Origin: Collinsella aerofaciens
Lineage (GTDB): Bacteria > Actinomycetota > Coriobacteriia > Coriobacteriales > Coriobacteriaceae
Reading direction: 5' to 3'
Assembly: GCA_008668795.1 (NCBI GenBank)
Contig: RQBM01000202.1
Coordinates: forward strand, 6,810 to 70,809
Length of the DNA stretch: 64,000 nt
Positions 47,855 through 58,216 of this stretch are shown piece after piece. Under the pieces are notes generated by a model. It was not told the DNA's origin. It did not search any database and worked only from the letters and a program-made list of their open reading frames with translations. Numbering within the stretch: the stretch's first letter is position 1; every line of letters starts with the position of its first letter. A program made the position numbers and the translations under genes.

Positions 47855-50038
47855 GTGAAGGATTCCGACCTCTCCACAACGGCTGCGCGCGATGCCGCTC
47901 GCATCGTCTGGTTTAAGCGCTACCCCGCCAAGCAGACACTCATCGCTTTTTTGCTTGCGCTGTTGGCGACCACGGCGTTTTCCATCGATCCTGCCCCGGT
48001 GTCGAGCAACGCAGTCTTGGCGATTGACCCCAAAGCCTCGGGCATGCTGTACGTGTGCTACGAGGTACTCCTCTCGTTTGCCGGCCATACCGACGCGGTC
48101 ATGCTGCTTGCACTTGCCTGCCTGCTCACCTTGCCGTTTCGCTACGTGTTCTTTGGCCGTGGCGACACCTGGCGCCCATCGATCATTCTGCCGTCGCTGT
48201 TCTTCGCCATCTGCATGGTGTTTGGCCGCAGCTACGATCTCACCGACTCGGCCGAGATTGTCCTTGGCGACAAAGCCCGCATCATCTGCGCCTGGATTGG
48301 CGGCGCGGGCTGGATGCTCTTGGCGGTCGTTGCCTTCTACCTTGCCTTTGAGTGTCTAGATTGGCTGAGCTCTCGGCGCATTCCGTTTTCCGAAGCGCAC
48401 TTTGGCCGCGTATGGCGTGTGACTCACGCCGTGCTCTCGGTCCATCCCTTTGCCGGGCCCTTCCTGGTGCTTATGATCGCCTGGGCGCCCACGCTCATCG
48501 CTTCGCTGCCTGGCCTTTTTATGGGAGATACGGGCGCGCAGATTCGCCAGTGGTTCAACTATCCCAACGGCACGAGCGACTACCTGCGCCTACTCAACCC
48601 CAACGTGCTGCTCAACGGGCATCATCCCGTAGTGCACACGGCCATTATCGGCTCGTGCGTTCAGCTGGGGCTTTCGCTGTTCAACAGCGCTAACGCGGGT
48701 CTTGCCATCTACACCTGTGCTCAGTTCGTCATCACGGCTGCCTGCATGGCCTATTCCATTTCGTCGCTGCGCAAACTGGGCGTGAGCCTGCCGGTTCGCG
48801 GTGCGATCCTGCTGTTCTTTGCGTTTATGCCGATGTTCTCTAACTACGCGGCGTTGCTCACCAAAGACGTGCTCTTTGCCGACGCGTTCTTGGTGCTGCT
48901 GGTACAGACCGTCAAGCTCGTGGCATGTGGCTTGCCCCGTCGCGATGCCAATGCCGAGCGAGCGGGCGAGAAAGCCCCCGTGCTCTTTGCGCGCCACGAC
49001 TGGCTGCTGCTCGCTCTGGGCGCCATGGGTTCCACGTTTCTGCGCAACGGCGGCCTGGTGTTTCCCCTGGCGGCATGCGTAATCGCGGCGGGGTTTTGCG
49101 TATGGGACGTGCATGTGGCTCGTCGTGCAGCCAAGCAGACTGGTGCTGCGCCTTCGGGCGCCATCCCGCGTTTCCGCTGGGTTGGCGTTCTCGCGGTGCT
49201 CGCGCTCTGCCTTGCCTCTAATATGTACTTCACCAAGGTCTTTATGCCGGCGCACGATATCACGCCTGGTTCCAAGCGCGAAATCCTCTCAATTCCGTTC
49301 CAGCAGACGGCTCGTTTCGTCCAAAAGCACGACGGCCTCAACTCGGGCGTCAACCCCACGGTTAAGGAGGACGGCACCATCGTGGAGGCTCCTTGCGACG
49401 GCTTGGTGACCGACGAAGAGCGTGCCGTGATCGACCGTGTACTCAAGTACGAGAATCTGGGCCGCCGTTACAACCCGGATAAGTCGGACGCCGTCAAAAA
49501 TTGCTTTAACGAGTACGCCTCGCAAGAGGACATCAAGGCCTATTTTGAGGTATGGGCCCAGATGTTCAAAAAGGATCCCGAGTGCTATATCTCGGCGCTC
49601 ATCAATAACTACTACGGCTACTTTTATCCGAGTGCCCGCGATGCGTGGGTCTACAGCACGGCGCGCAGTGCCGAGATTATGGCGAAGCCCGATAACCTTA
49701 AGTACTTCGACTTCCATCCGGTCGATAGCAAGGTTGTGCGCTGGTGCGACCACCTGATCAACCTATACCGTGTGGCGGTGCAGCGCATCCCGTTTATCTC
49801 GCTCACCATGAGCTCGGCCACCTATGTGTGGATCATGATCGCCTTGGTGGTCTATCTGCTACGTCGTCATTCGTGGCGCGGGCTGGCCATTTGGGTGCCG
49901 CTGCTGGGCGTGCTCGCCGTGTGCCTGATTGGCCCGTGCAACGGCTCGACTTACATGCGCTACCTGTATCCGGTCATCGCCTGCATGCCCTTCGCCATCG
50001 GCGCCACCGTCACCCGCAGCGACTTCCTCTGGTCCTAA
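47855..50038 (+). CDS. DUF6020-like polytopic membrane protein (possible GT-C glycosyltransferase)
   Basis: PGLFMGDT, NGHHPVVHT, TKDVLF, RNGG, SIPFQQTAR, GPCNG..RYLYP; start uncertain. Confidence 0.75.
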   Translation: MKDSDLSTTAARDAARIVWFKRYPAKQTLIAFLLALLATTAFSIDPAPVSSNAVLAIDPKASGMLYVCYEVLLSFAGHTDAVMLLALACLLTLPFRYVFFGRGDTWRPSIILPSLFFAICMVFGRSYDLTDSAEIVLGDKARIICAWIGGAGWMLLAVVAFYLAFECLDWLSSRRIPFSEAHFGRVWRVTHAVLSVHPFAGPFLVLMIAWAPTLIASLPGLFMGDTGAQIRQWFNYPNGTSDYLRLLNPNVLLNGHHPVVHTAIIGSCVQLGLSLFNSANAGLAIYTCAQFVITAACMAYSISSLRKLGVSLPVRGAILLFFAFMPMFSNYAALLTKDVLFADAFLVLLVQTVKLVACGLPRRDANAERAGEKAPVLFARHDWLLLALGAMGSTFLRNGGLVFPLAACVIAAGFCVWDVHVARRAAKQTGAAPSGAIPRFRWVGVLAVLALCLASNMYFTKVFMPAHDITPGSKREILSIPFQQTARFVQKHDGLNSGVNPTVKEDGTIVEAPCDGLVTDEERAVIDRVLKYENLGRRYNPDKSDAVKNCFNEYASQEDIKAYFEVWAQMFKKDPECYISALINNYYGYFYPSARDAWVYSTARSAEIMAKPDNLKYFDFHPVDSKVVRWCDHLINLYRVAVQRIPFISLTMSSATYVWIMIALVVYLLRRHSWRGLAIWVPLLGVLAVCLIGPCNGSTYMRYLYPVIACMPFAIGATVTRSDFLWS

Positions 50039-50039
50039 C

Positions 50040-50072
50040 TTGGTGCATTGGGGTCAGGTTTCTTTGCACCAA
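50040..50072 (+). repeat. GGGGTCAGG palindromic repeat (family variant)
   Basis: ttggtgcattggggtcaggtttctttgcaccaa right after a stop codon. Confidence 0.6.
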
Positions 50073-50202
50073 AGGGGTCATCATCACGACGCCTTCATTT
50101 TGGGGTTTATCTCGCAGGCCCGTAGGTATATCATAACGACGTTTGTTTATATTGCCCGAGCATCTGCGCTGGGCTTTAGGTCGAAACCGATAGGAGACAC
50201 GT

Positions 50203-51009
50203 ATGTCCGGACACTCTAAGTGGGCCACAACCAAGCATCGTAAGGGCGCGCAGGACGCCAAGCGTTCCGCCCTCTTCTCCAAGCTCAGCCGCAACATCAC
50301 CGTTGCTGCCCGTCTCGGCGGTGACCCGCTGCCCGAGAACAACGCCAGCCTCGCCGCTGCTGTTGCCAAGGCTAAGGCTCAGTCCATGCCTAAGGACAAG
50401 ATCAAGTCCGCTATCGACAAGGCTTTTGGTTCGGGTGCTGACGCTGCCGTCTACGAGAACATCGTGTACGAGGGCTACGGTCCCGCCGGTGTCGCCGTCT
50501 ACGTCGACTGCCTGACCGACAACCGCAACCGTACCGCCGCTGATGTCCGTTCCGCCTTCTCCCACGCTGGTGGCAACTTGGGCACCTCCGGCTCCGTCGC
50601 CTTCCAGTTTGAGCGCAAGGGCCAGATCGTCGTCGCCAAGGAGATCTTGGACGAGAACGCCAAGAAGGAGACCATGATCGCCAACGGTGCTGCCGGTGAC
50701 GAGGATGAGTTCATGATGGCCATCGCCGAGGCCGGTGGCGAGGACTACGAGGATGCCGGCGAGGAGTGGATCGTCTGGACTGCTGCCAACGAGGTCATGG
50801 CTGTCTCCAAGGCGCTCGAGGAGCAGGGCGTCCAGGTCAAGGGCTCCGAGACCACCATGGTCCCGACCACCCCGACCGAGGTCTCCGGCGCCGACGCCAA
50901 GAAGGTTCAGCGCCTCATCGACCGTCTTGAGGAGCTCGACGACGTCCAGGATGTTTACAGCACCATGGACATGACCGACGAGGTCATCGCTGCCCTCGAG
51001 GAGGAGTAG
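50203..51009 (+). CDS. yebC: YebC/PmpR family protein
   Basis: MSGHSKWATTKHRK, YEGYGPAGVA, TDNRNRT, LEELDDVQDVY. Confidence 0.96.
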   Translation: MSGHSKWATTKHRKGAQDAKRSALFSKLSRNITVAARLGGDPLPENNASLAAAVAKAKAQSMPKDKIKSAIDKAFGSGADAAVYENIVYEGYGPAGVAVYVDCLTDNRNRTAADVRSAFSHAGGNLGTSGSVAFQFERKGQIVVAKEILDENAKKETMIANGAAGDEDEFMMAIAEAGGEDYEDAGEEWIVWTAANEVMAVSKALEEQGVQVKGSETTMVPTTPTEVSGADAKKVQRLIDRLEELDDVQDVYSTMDMTDEVIAALEEE

Positions 51010-51078
51010 CGCCCGCACGGGTTAAGCCGTGCATATCTGGGCATAATGAAGCGAGCATGCAAGCCTCGTGGAATAGAT

Positions 51079-51120
51079 GAGCCGGATCCGCGTGCGTAGA
51101 GCACCGGACCCGGCTCTTTT
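51079..51120 (+). terminator. intrinsic terminator after yebC
   Basis: gagccggatccg...cggacccggctctttt. Confidence 0.7.
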
Positions 51121-51175
51121 ATAATGATGCGAACCGTTTTGCATTTCGAGAGCCGAGATTTGAAGGGAGCGCCAC

Positions 51176-51721
51176 GTGCGCGTACTCAAACGAGCCCTAG
51201 CGATCGTGTATCTTGCCGCCGCCATCGTGGCGCTGGGTACGCTTGTCTGCCAGTTTTGGGGGCCGTATACGTATCGCTTTATGCTGCTGATGCGCGACCC
51301 CATGCCGCGCATTGTCGTGACGGCATGCGGCGGAGTTGTGGCGATCGGCGTGCTGGTAAGCTTCTTCCGCCTGATGTTTGCTCGTCGCGAGCCGTCCTGC
51401 GTGCATCCGGCGGGGGAGCGCAATATCGAGGTCACGCTCGCGGCGCTTTCTTCGTGCGCCAGGGCTGCTGCAGAGCGCGACGATCGCGTGATGATCGAGC
51501 ATGTCGAGGCCCGCGTCCAAGGTTCCGACGATTCGCACGTCCGTTTTAAGGTCGAGGCTATCGCGCTTGACGATAAGGACGTGGCATCTCTGGCTACCGC
51601 GATGCAGCAGCGCATCGAGGAAGCTTGCGACACCATGCTTGGCACGCCGGGTACGACCACGTGCGTCCGTTTTTTGCCGTCCAAGACTACCGTCCAGACC
51701 GTGGAGGTTTCCGGTGAGTGA
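51176..51721 (+). CDS. amaP: alkaline shock response membrane anchor AmaP-like
   Basis: two N-terminal TM helices, NIEVTLAAL; first gene of the amaP-DUF2273-asp23 arrangement. Confidence 0.7.
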   Translation: MRVLKRALAIVYLAAAIVALGTLVCQFWGPYTYRFMLLMRDPMPRIVVTACGGVVAIGVLVSFFRLMFARREPSCVHPAGERNIEVTLAALSSCARAAAERDDRVMIEHVEARVQGSDDSHVRFKVEAIALDDKDVASLATAMQQRIEEACDTMLGTPGTTTCVRFLPSKTTVQTVEVSGE

Positions 51722-52091
51722 TACCAATCAAGATAAGACCGCTCGTACGCCGCGCCTGACGATTGACCAGAGCGCCACGCCGGCGAGCGAACCTGTTGAT
51801 TCCAAAGCAGAGGCAACTGAGTTACAAGACGCGGCAGCCGCGGATTTTGACGAGGCTATGGGTCTCATCAAGGGTACGGGCGCTGCCATCTGGAGCTATG
51901 CTGTGCGTCATCCCAACACCACGCTCGGTGCCGTCGCTGGCTTTATCCTCGCCGTGTTGGTGCTCACGCTCGGCCTGTGGGACACGCTCGTCATTGCATT
52001 CTTCGTGCTGATCGGCGCCGTGATCGGCCAAATTCGCGACGGCGAGAACGGGATCGTCAACTTCTTCGGCCGTCTGTTTAGCGGCCGCTAA
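51714..52091 (+). CDS. DUF2273 family small membrane protein
   Basis: GAVAGFILAVLVLTLGLWDTLVIAFFVLIGAVIG; GTG start after GGAGG. Confidence 0.8.
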   Translation: MSDTNQDKTARTPRLTIDQSATPASEPVDSKAEATELQDAAAADFDEAMGLIKGTGAAIWSYAVRHPNTTLGAVAGFILAVLVLTLGLWDTLVIAFFVLIGAVIGQIRDGENGIVNFFGRLFSGR

Positions 52092-52135
52092 TATGTATTC
52101 GACTGTCGCATCTGCGGCAGGCATAAGGAGGAACC

Positions 52136-52657
52136 ATGGCTTTTAATACGAAGGTCGATGTGGCCGATACCGAGCTCGAGGCAGACGAGACCGTCACCGC
52201 CGAGGCCGAGGACGTAACGCTCGAGGACGAGGCGCTCGTCGAGGCCGAGCCCGCCGATGATGCGGATGAGGATGATGAGGAAACAGACGAGTCCGAGGAC
52301 TCGCTGACCTATTCCAACGGTGTGATCGAGAAGATCGTTGCCATGGCCACCCGCGAGGTTCCGCACGTTCTGGGCATGAAGGGTAACCTCATGCACTTTG
52401 TGCAGGAGCAGTTTGGTGCCGAGAATCTGACCAAGGGCGTGACGGTCGAGGTCACTGATGACAATCGCGTGGTCGTCAACATCTCCGTCATTATCGAGTA
52501 CGGCGCCTATGCGCCTGCGATCTTCGACGATGTCAAGGCGCGTGTCACCGAGCGCCTTGCCGCGATGACCGGCCTTGAGGTGGCGGGCGTCAACCTGCGC
52601 ATCGAGGACGTCATCACCCCCGAGGAGTACGAGCACCGCACCAGCCAGCACGAGTAA
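52136..52657 (+). CDS. Asp23/Gls24 family envelope stress protein
   Basis: LTYSNGVIEKIVAMATREV, KGVTVEV, IIEYG, MTGLEVAGVNLRIEDV. Confidence 0.92.
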   Translation: MAFNTKVDVADTELEADETVTAEAEDVTLEDEALVEAEPADDADEDDEETDESEDSLTYSNGVIEKIVAMATREVPHVLGMKGNLMHFVQEQFGAENLTKGVTVEVTDDNRVVVNISVIIEYGAYAPAIFDDVKARVTERLAAMTGLEVAGVNLRIEDVITPEEYEHRTSQHE

Positions 52658-52696
52658 CCTTCCAAAAAGGGACAGGTTTGTTTTGGCAGGTTTTAT
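52657..52696 (+). repeat. GGGACAG palindromic repeat, subfamily A
   Basis: accttccaaaaagggacaggtttgttttggcaggttttat immediately after the stop codon. Confidence 0.9.
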
Positions 52697-52865
52697 CTGC
52701 GAAAACGTTAAACGGCCGACCGCGCAAGCAAAAGCGTGGCCGGCCGTTATTTGTATGCCCCCCGATGTAGGCATACCGCTCGTCTAACTAGGGGTTGCAA
52801 TCGTCGCGTTCCGCGTTACCCTAATGGGCGCATTGTTTCCAAATTGTTAACGAGGGGTTGCCGTA

Positions 52866-53888
52866 ATGGCCGACGAGCACGAAACAGAAAGCAAGGCATG
52901 GGCGATTGAGGCCGCCGCGGCAGAGGCGGCATCGCGTGCTGCCGAGGAGGTGCATCGTCCTCCCGTGGTGCCGATGGAGCGCGTGGTTGATCGCACCGAT
53001 ATCGAGCGCGGCGAGCGTGTCGGTCAAAAGCGCAGCCAGGAGCCGGGCTTCCCGCGCTTTTTTGCCGAGCTCAATCTGGGCCTGATTCTTACGGCCTTTG
53101 CCATCGTTGCGTTTAAAACCCCTAATCACTTTGCTTTTGGCGGCACCTCGGGCGTGTCGGTCATTCTGTCCACGCTGTTCCCGACCCTGCCCGTCGGCGT
53201 TTTTATGTGGATTATCAACGCGGTTCTCGTCGTCTTGGGCTTTATCTTTTTGGAACGCAAGGCAATCCTGTGGAGCGTCTTCGCCTCGTTTGCGCTTTCG
53301 GCCTACGTCTCGCTGTTTGAGCTCTTCATTCCGTCGGATGTTTCGATGACGGGCGATATGTGGCTCGACCTGTGTTTTGCCGTCATCTTGCCGGCGCTGG
53401 GCAGTGCCATTGTCTTTGACATTGGCGCCTCGACGGGCGGCACCGACATCCTTGCCATGATCCTCAAGCGCCGCACGACGCTCGAGATCGGCCGTGCCCT
53501 GTTGCTGGTCGATATCGGCATCGTGACCATCGCGGCTTTCCTGTATGGCCCGCGCGTCGGTCTGTACTGCGTGCTCGGCCTGTTTGCCAAGACGCTTGTG
53601 GTCGACAAGGCTATCGAGAGCATTCACCTGCGTAAGGTCTGCACGATCATTTGCTCCGAGCCCCTTAAGGTCGAGGAGTTTATCGTCAAGCATCTCAACC
53701 GCACGGCAACGATTAGCCGTGGCTATGGCGCCTTCTCGGGCAAGTGCGTCACGGTGATCATGAGCGTGCTGAGCCGTCGCGAGGCAGTGCAACTGCGCCG
53801 CTATACCCGCGAGATTGACCCTGGCGCCTTCATCACCATCGTCGATAGCTCCGAAATCGTCGGCAAGGGCTTCCGCGGCACGAACTAG
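52866..53888 (+). CDS. YitT family membrane protein (DUF161/DUF2179)
   Basis: GGTSGVS, STGGTDILA, RGYGAFSG, IDPGAFITI..EIVGKGF. Confidence 0.92.
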   Translation: MADEHETESKAWAIEAAAAEAASRAAEEVHRPPVVPMERVVDRTDIERGERVGQKRSQEPGFPRFFAELNLGLILTAFAIVAFKTPNHFAFGGTSGVSVILSTLFPTLPVGVFMWIINAVLVVLGFIFLERKAILWSVFASFALSAYVSLFELFIPSDVSMTGDMWLDLCFAVILPALGSAIVFDIGASTGGTDILAMILKRRTTLEIGRALLLVDIGIVTIAAFLYGPRVGLYCVLGLFAKTLVVDKAIESIHLRKVCTIICSEPLKVEEFIVKHLNRTATISRGYGAFSGKCVTVIMSVLSRREAVQLRRYTREIDPGAFITIVDSSEIVGKGFRGTN

Positions 53889-54038
53889 CCCGGGCGTACC
53901 CTTCGAATCATTGAATAAAGCCACCTGCGTTGCAAATCGGTCATCTTGGGGTATTTGTCCTCACATTGGGCGATAATGATGCCAAAGACACCGTTTGCGA
54001 TCCAGGTGATTCGCTCTAGATACGAAGGGATGATTTCG

Positions 54039-55352
54039 ATGTTCTGTTCGCAGTGTGGCGCCCCCATGGGCGATAACGACAAGTTCTGCGGCGTGTGTGG
54101 TGCCCCCAATGCCGGTGCTGCAGCTTCCGCCCCTCAGGGTCAGCCTCAGCCTCAGCAGTTTGTTCCTCAACCTGTCGCGAACGCGTCCAAGGGCTGCACG
54201 GCTCAGGCGTTTGAGGATATGACCAAGACTCCGGGCGTGCTGCAGCGCGTGTGCCAGATTGCCTTTTTGCCGGCGCTTATCTGTGTCGTGTCGGTACTCG
54301 TGCTGTTCATCCCCGTTATCGGCGGTATTGCGGCTGCCATCGGCTTTTTGGCTGCCTACGTGGCGAGCGTGTGCGGTTCGGGCTTTGGCATCGAGTGGGG
54401 TCGCGACCTGTCGCTTAAGATCGATGACGGCATGGGTCGTCCGTTGATGCGTTCCACGTCGTTTGGTCTCGGAATCTTTTCGAGCGTTATTTCGGTCGTG
54501 CTCGAGGTTATCGCTGCCATTCCCATTATCGGTGTAGTGCTTTCGCTGGCGGAGGGCGTGGTAATTGGCGCCGCGGGCTCGTATTCTTATTACGGCTCTT
54601 ATGCGCTCGAGGCTGCGCTGTTTGGCTCGCTTGGCCTGCTTGTCCTGGCGCTAATTGCCTCGGCGATTCTGGGTGTCTTCTTTAAGATGTTCGCCGACAT
54701 TGCCGTGATGCACTTTGCGGTGACCGGGCGCGTCGAGAGCGCGTTTTCGCTCGATAAGGTCTGGGCGGCCTTTAAGCACAACAAGACCAAGCTGTTCTGT
54801 GCTTCGTTCCTTCCCGAGTTTTTGACGGGCCTGGTTTCCAACGCCATTACGTGGATCTTGACAGCTGTCTTTGGTGCCATCGCCGGAATTGGCGCGTACG
54901 GCTATTACTATCGCCCCACGGGTATCGAGGCGATTGTTACCGCCGGTGGTGTCACGCTCGTATTGTTCCTGGTGCTGATTGCATTCGTCACGGTGTTCCT
55001 TACGGTCTTTGGCAAGATGCTCAAGCACCGTGCCGTTGGCTATTGGGCTGCACGTTATGCAAGCGAATGGGCCGATGAGGACAAGGACGACGTTTTGACT
55101 TTTGTGCTCCCGGGTGAGAAGAAGCCTGCTCCTGCGGGATTCAATCCCACGGCAGCCACTGGTGCTGCGCCTGCCCCGGCGCCCGCGCCTGCACCTGCCC
55201 CGGCACCCGCGCCTGCCCCTGCCCCGGCACCTGCTCCTGTCCCCGCACCGGCGTCCGAGGCGACGCCTGCGGAGCCCGATTGGGATGCCGTTGCCACGCC
55301 GGCGGATGAGCCGGGCGATAATCCTGCTGCCGAAAACAATCAAACCGAATAG
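54039..55352 (+). CDS. zinc-ribbon + DUF4013-like membrane protein with (Ala-Pro)n tail
   Basis: MFCSQCG..KFCGVCG, multiple TM helices, AP repeat near the C-terminus. Confidence 0.8.
   Translation: MFCSQCGAPMGDNDKFCGVCGAPNAGAAASAPQGQPQPQQFVPQPVANASKGCTAQAFEDMTKTPGVLQRVCQIAFLPALICVVSVLVLFIPVIGGIAAAIGFLAAYVASVCGSGFGIEWGRDLSLKIDDGMGRPLMRSTSFGLGIFSSVISVVLEVIAAIPIIGVVLSLAEGVVIGAAGSYSYYGSYALEAALFGSLGLLVLALIASAILGVFFKMFADIAVMHFAVTGRVESAFSLDKVWAAFKHNKTKLFCASFLPEFLTGLVSNAITWILTAVFGAIAGIGAYGYYYRPTGIEAIVTAGGVTLVLFLVLIAFVTVFLTVFGKMLKHRAVGYWAARYASEWADEDKDDVLTFVLPGEKKPAPAGFNPTAATGAAPAPAPAPAPAPAPAPAPAPAPAPVPAPASEATPAEPDWDAVATPADEPGDNPAAENNQTE
55167..55253 (+). repeat. coding hexanucleotide tandem repeat (GCN-CCN)n
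   Basis: encodes about 14 Ala-Pro units. Confidence 0.9.
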
Positions 55353-55359
55353 CCGGTCG

Positions 55360-55395
55360 AGGCGCCCTGGGCAACTGAGCCCGGGGTGCCTTTTT
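55360..55395 (+). terminator. intrinsic terminator
   Basis: aggcgccctgggc...gcccggggtgccttttt. Confidence 0.75.
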
Positions 55396-55547
55396 CTACT
55401 GCGAAAGCAAGAAAATGCCTGGGAAAACGGTTGCAGCAAAATTTCTCGGAAATTGGTCAATGTTGCGCAACAACGTCGCGGCTATTGTTGAGAACGTAGA
55501 CGTGTAAGGTTTGAAGGCGTGCGACGCCTTAGGAAAAGGAGAGGCTC

Positions 55548-56156
55548 ATGTTCTGTCCCACTTGTGGTTCTCCCATTTCGGATGATGCCAAATTCTGCCC
55601 TGTTTGCGGATCCGCCGTTGGTGCCGCTTCTGCCGCTGCGGCCCCGCAGCCCCAGCCCGCTCCGGCCCAGGCTATTCAGCCCGCGCCCCAGCCTCAGCAG
55701 CAGTACACCGGTCAATACGCCCAACAGTCCGCATCCGCTCCGATGGGCTATGACCCCATTAAGGCTGACCGCAGCCTGATCGGCTGGCTGCTGCTCTCTC
55801 TTGTGACCTGCGGTATCTATTCGTTCTACTTCCTGTATTGCTTGGCACGCGACGTCAACACGTTGTGTCAGGATGACGGCGATTACACGCCGGGTCTGGC
55901 GGAATTCATCCTTCTATCGTTTGTGACCTGCGGCTTCTACGCGTACTACTGGTATTACAAGATTGGCAACCGCCTGCAGGCCAACGCTCCTCGCTACGGC
56001 CTGGTGTTCCAGGAAAACGGCACCACCGTTCTTCTGTGGCAGATCTTCGGCGCGCTCCTGTGCGGCCTTGGTCCCATCTTCGCTATGAACATCGTCATCA
56101 ATAATACCAATGCCATGGCAACGGCTTACAACACTCGCCTTGGCGCTCGTGCCTAA
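55548..56156 (+). CDS. zinc-ribbon + DUF4234 membrane protein
   Basis: MFCPTCG..KFCPVCG; LLSLVTCGIY and LLSFVTCGFYAYYWYYK repeats. Confidence 0.85.
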   Translation: MFCPTCGSPISDDAKFCPVCGSAVGAASAAAAPQPQPAPAQAIQPAPQPQQQYTGQYAQQSASAPMGYDPIKADRSLIGWLLLSLVTCGIYSFYFLYCLARDVNTLCQDDGDYTPGLAEFILLSFVTCGFYAYYWYYKIGNRLQANAPRYGLVFQENGTTVLLWQIFGALLCGLGPIFAMNIVINNTNAMATAYNTRLGARA

Positions 56157-56169
56157 CAATAAGGGCGGC

Positions 56170-56646
56170 GTGAACAGCTTCCAGGGACATAGGGGCACGG
56201 CAGAGCTCCTTCGCCGCGCCCTTTTTTGCACCGGCGCGCTCTTTGTCGCCTGGCTCGCGCTCTACCTGCTCGACATTGGCTGCATTTTTCGATTGATGAC
56301 GGGCATTCCTTGTCCGGGATGCGGCATGACGAGGGCGTGGCTGGCGGCGCTGCGCCTCGATTATGCGGCTGCCTTTGCCTACCATCCGCTGTTTTGGGTG
56401 GTGCCGATTGCGTTTGTGCTCGCGTTCGTGCGCGAGGAGGTGGCATCGAGCAAGCTAAAGCGTGGTATCGACATTGCGGTCACCGTGTTGTGCGTGCTGG
56501 TCGTCGTCGTATGGATCGTGCGCCTCGTCAATCCGGCAGATGCCGGTCTGCTCTTTGGCGGCTATGCGCCCGCCGGAGTTCCCGACGATATCATCCACCT
56601 CGAACCCCCACGCTGGCTCACCATCCTTCGCTCTTACCTGGCGTGA
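56170..56646 (+). CDS. DUF2752 family protein
   Basis: CIFRLMTGIPCPGCGMTRAW..AFAYHPL; start uncertain. Confidence 0.85.
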   Translation: MNSFQGHRGTAELLRRALFCTGALFVAWLALYLLDIGCIFRLMTGIPCPGCGMTRAWLAALRLDYAAAFAYHPLFWVVPIAFVLAFVREEVASSKLKRGIDIAVTVLCVLVVVVWIVRLVNPADAGLLFGGYAPAGVPDDIIHLEPPRWLTILRSYLA

Positions 56647-56678
56647 CGGAGGACGCGCTAGAAAAACGGTCGACACAT

Positions 56679-56718
56679 AAGCGGGGGCGAACGTTGAGAT
56701 AACGTCCGCCCCCGCTTT
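56679..56718. terminator. bidirectional terminator
   Basis: aagcgggggcg...cgcccccgcttt between convergent genes. Confidence 0.75.
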
Positions 56719-56752
56719 GCTTTAGCCAGGCTGTTATGGATGGGCGTGACGG

Positions 56753-58216
56753 CTACTCGTCGCGCTTTTCCTCGTGGCGAGCGGCAGCCCGCGCATCGTG
56801 GATGCCCTTGATTGCAGCATGGCGGGCGGTGCGAGCATCGTGCATGGCGTCGCGCGCCTCAGCGGCCGTGGCCTTGGCAGAGCGCAGCTTGGCGGCCAAG
56901 TCGGGGTTGGTCTCGGCAACCGCGGCGATCGTGGGGCCGTCGAGCTCCTCTTGCGTGGGCTCGGCCAAAAAGTCGATGGCATACTGAGCGGCTACCATGG
57001 AGCCCTTGGCGAGCACGCTCTCGTCGATCTTATAGAAGCAAGAATGTTGGGCGTACGTGGCGCCAATCTGGGGGTTGCGCGTGCCAACAAAGGCGAGCAC
57101 GCCCGGCACGCGGCGCAGGTACTCCGAGAAGTCCTCGCCCGAAAGCGTGCCGCGATAATGGCCTTCGCCCGCGGGGCCCAAGCACTTGACCACGGCCTGA
57201 CGACAACGCTCGCTCGAGGCGACGTCGTTTTCGACCTTGTAGTTGGCGATGGTGTAGTCGGTAAGTTCGGCCTCTGCGCCCAGGGCTGCCGCGGTGTGCT
57301 CCACGATGCGGCGCATAAGCTCGGGCATTTCCTCGTGCGTCTTGTCGCCATAGGTGCGCACCGTGCCGGCGAGGTAGGCCGTGCCGGCGATAACGTTGCG
57401 CGCGGTGCCGCCGTGCAGCTCGCCGACGGTGATGACAGCCGGCTCGTAGGGGCTGATCTCGCGCGAGACGATGGTCTGCAGGGCGTTGACGATCTCGGCA
57501 GCCACCATAACGGCGTCGTGGCCGCGCTGGGGCATGGCGCCATGGCACGAGGTGCCGCGGACATCGATGCGGAACCAGTCGGTGTTTGCCATGCGCGGGC
57601 CGGGCTCACAGCTCACGGTGCCGGCGTCGACTTCGCTCCAGATATGCGCGGCGTAGGCACCATCGACGCCGTCGAGCACGCCCGTGCCGATCATGAGCTT
57701 GGCGCCCTGGCCGTTTTCCTCGCTGGGCTGGAAGACGATGCGGACCTCGCCGTGGATGTCGTCGGTCATATGGCGCAGGATCTGCAGCGTGCCGAGCATC
57801 ATGGCGATGTGGCAGTCGTGGCCGCAGGCGTGCATGCAGCCCTCGTTGACGCTGGCAAACTCCTCGCCGGTCTGCTCGGTAACGGGCAGGGCGTCGATGT
57901 CGGCGCGCAGCAGGATGCGGCGTCGCGGCGTGCCGTCCTCGCGGTAGGCATCGGGCGCGGTACCGCGAAGCGTCGCCACCAGGCCCGTCTTGAGCGGACG
58001 CTCGTAGGGGATATTCATGGCGTCGAGCTGGTTGGCGATGTCGGAAGTCGTGCGCTCCTCGGCAAGGCTCAGCTCCGGGTGCTTATGGAAGTGCCGGCGC
58101 TGCTTGATGATGTAGGGTTCAAACTCGGCGGCGATATCTCGGATGGCCGCGGTGACGTCGTCTGCCGCGCGAGCCTCGGTCGCCGCCATAATTTGCTGTG
58201 CCTTGGTCTTCGTCAT
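56753..58216 (-). CDS. M20D family amidohydrolase with C-terminal helical extension
   Basis: HKHPELS, LRADIDALP, MHACGHD, FQPSEE, GEDFS; real start MTKTK at 58216. Confidence 0.92.
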   Translation of the reverse strand: MTKTKAQQIMAATEARAADDVTAAIRDIAAEFEPYIIKQRRHFHKHPELSLAEERTTSDIANQLDAMNIPYERPLKTGLVATLRGTAPDAYREDGTPRRRILLRADIDALPVTEQTGEEFASVNEGCMHACGHDCHIAMMLGTLQILRHMTDDIHGEVRIVFQPSEENGQGAKLMIGTGVLDGVDGAYAAHIWSEVDAGTVSCEPGPRMANTDWFRIDVRGTSCHGAMPQRGHDAVMVAAEIVNALQTIVSREISPYEPAVITVGELHGGTARNVIAGTAYLAGTVRTYGDKTHEEMPELMRRIVEHTAAALGAEAELTDYTIANYKVENDVASSERCRQAVVKCLGPAGEGHYRGTLSGEDFSEYLRRVPGVLAFVGTRNPQIGATYAQHSCFYKIDESVLAKGSMVAAQYAIDFLAEPTQEELDGPTIAAVAETNPDLAAKLRSAKATAAEARDAMHDARTARHAAIKGIHDARAAARHEEKRDE

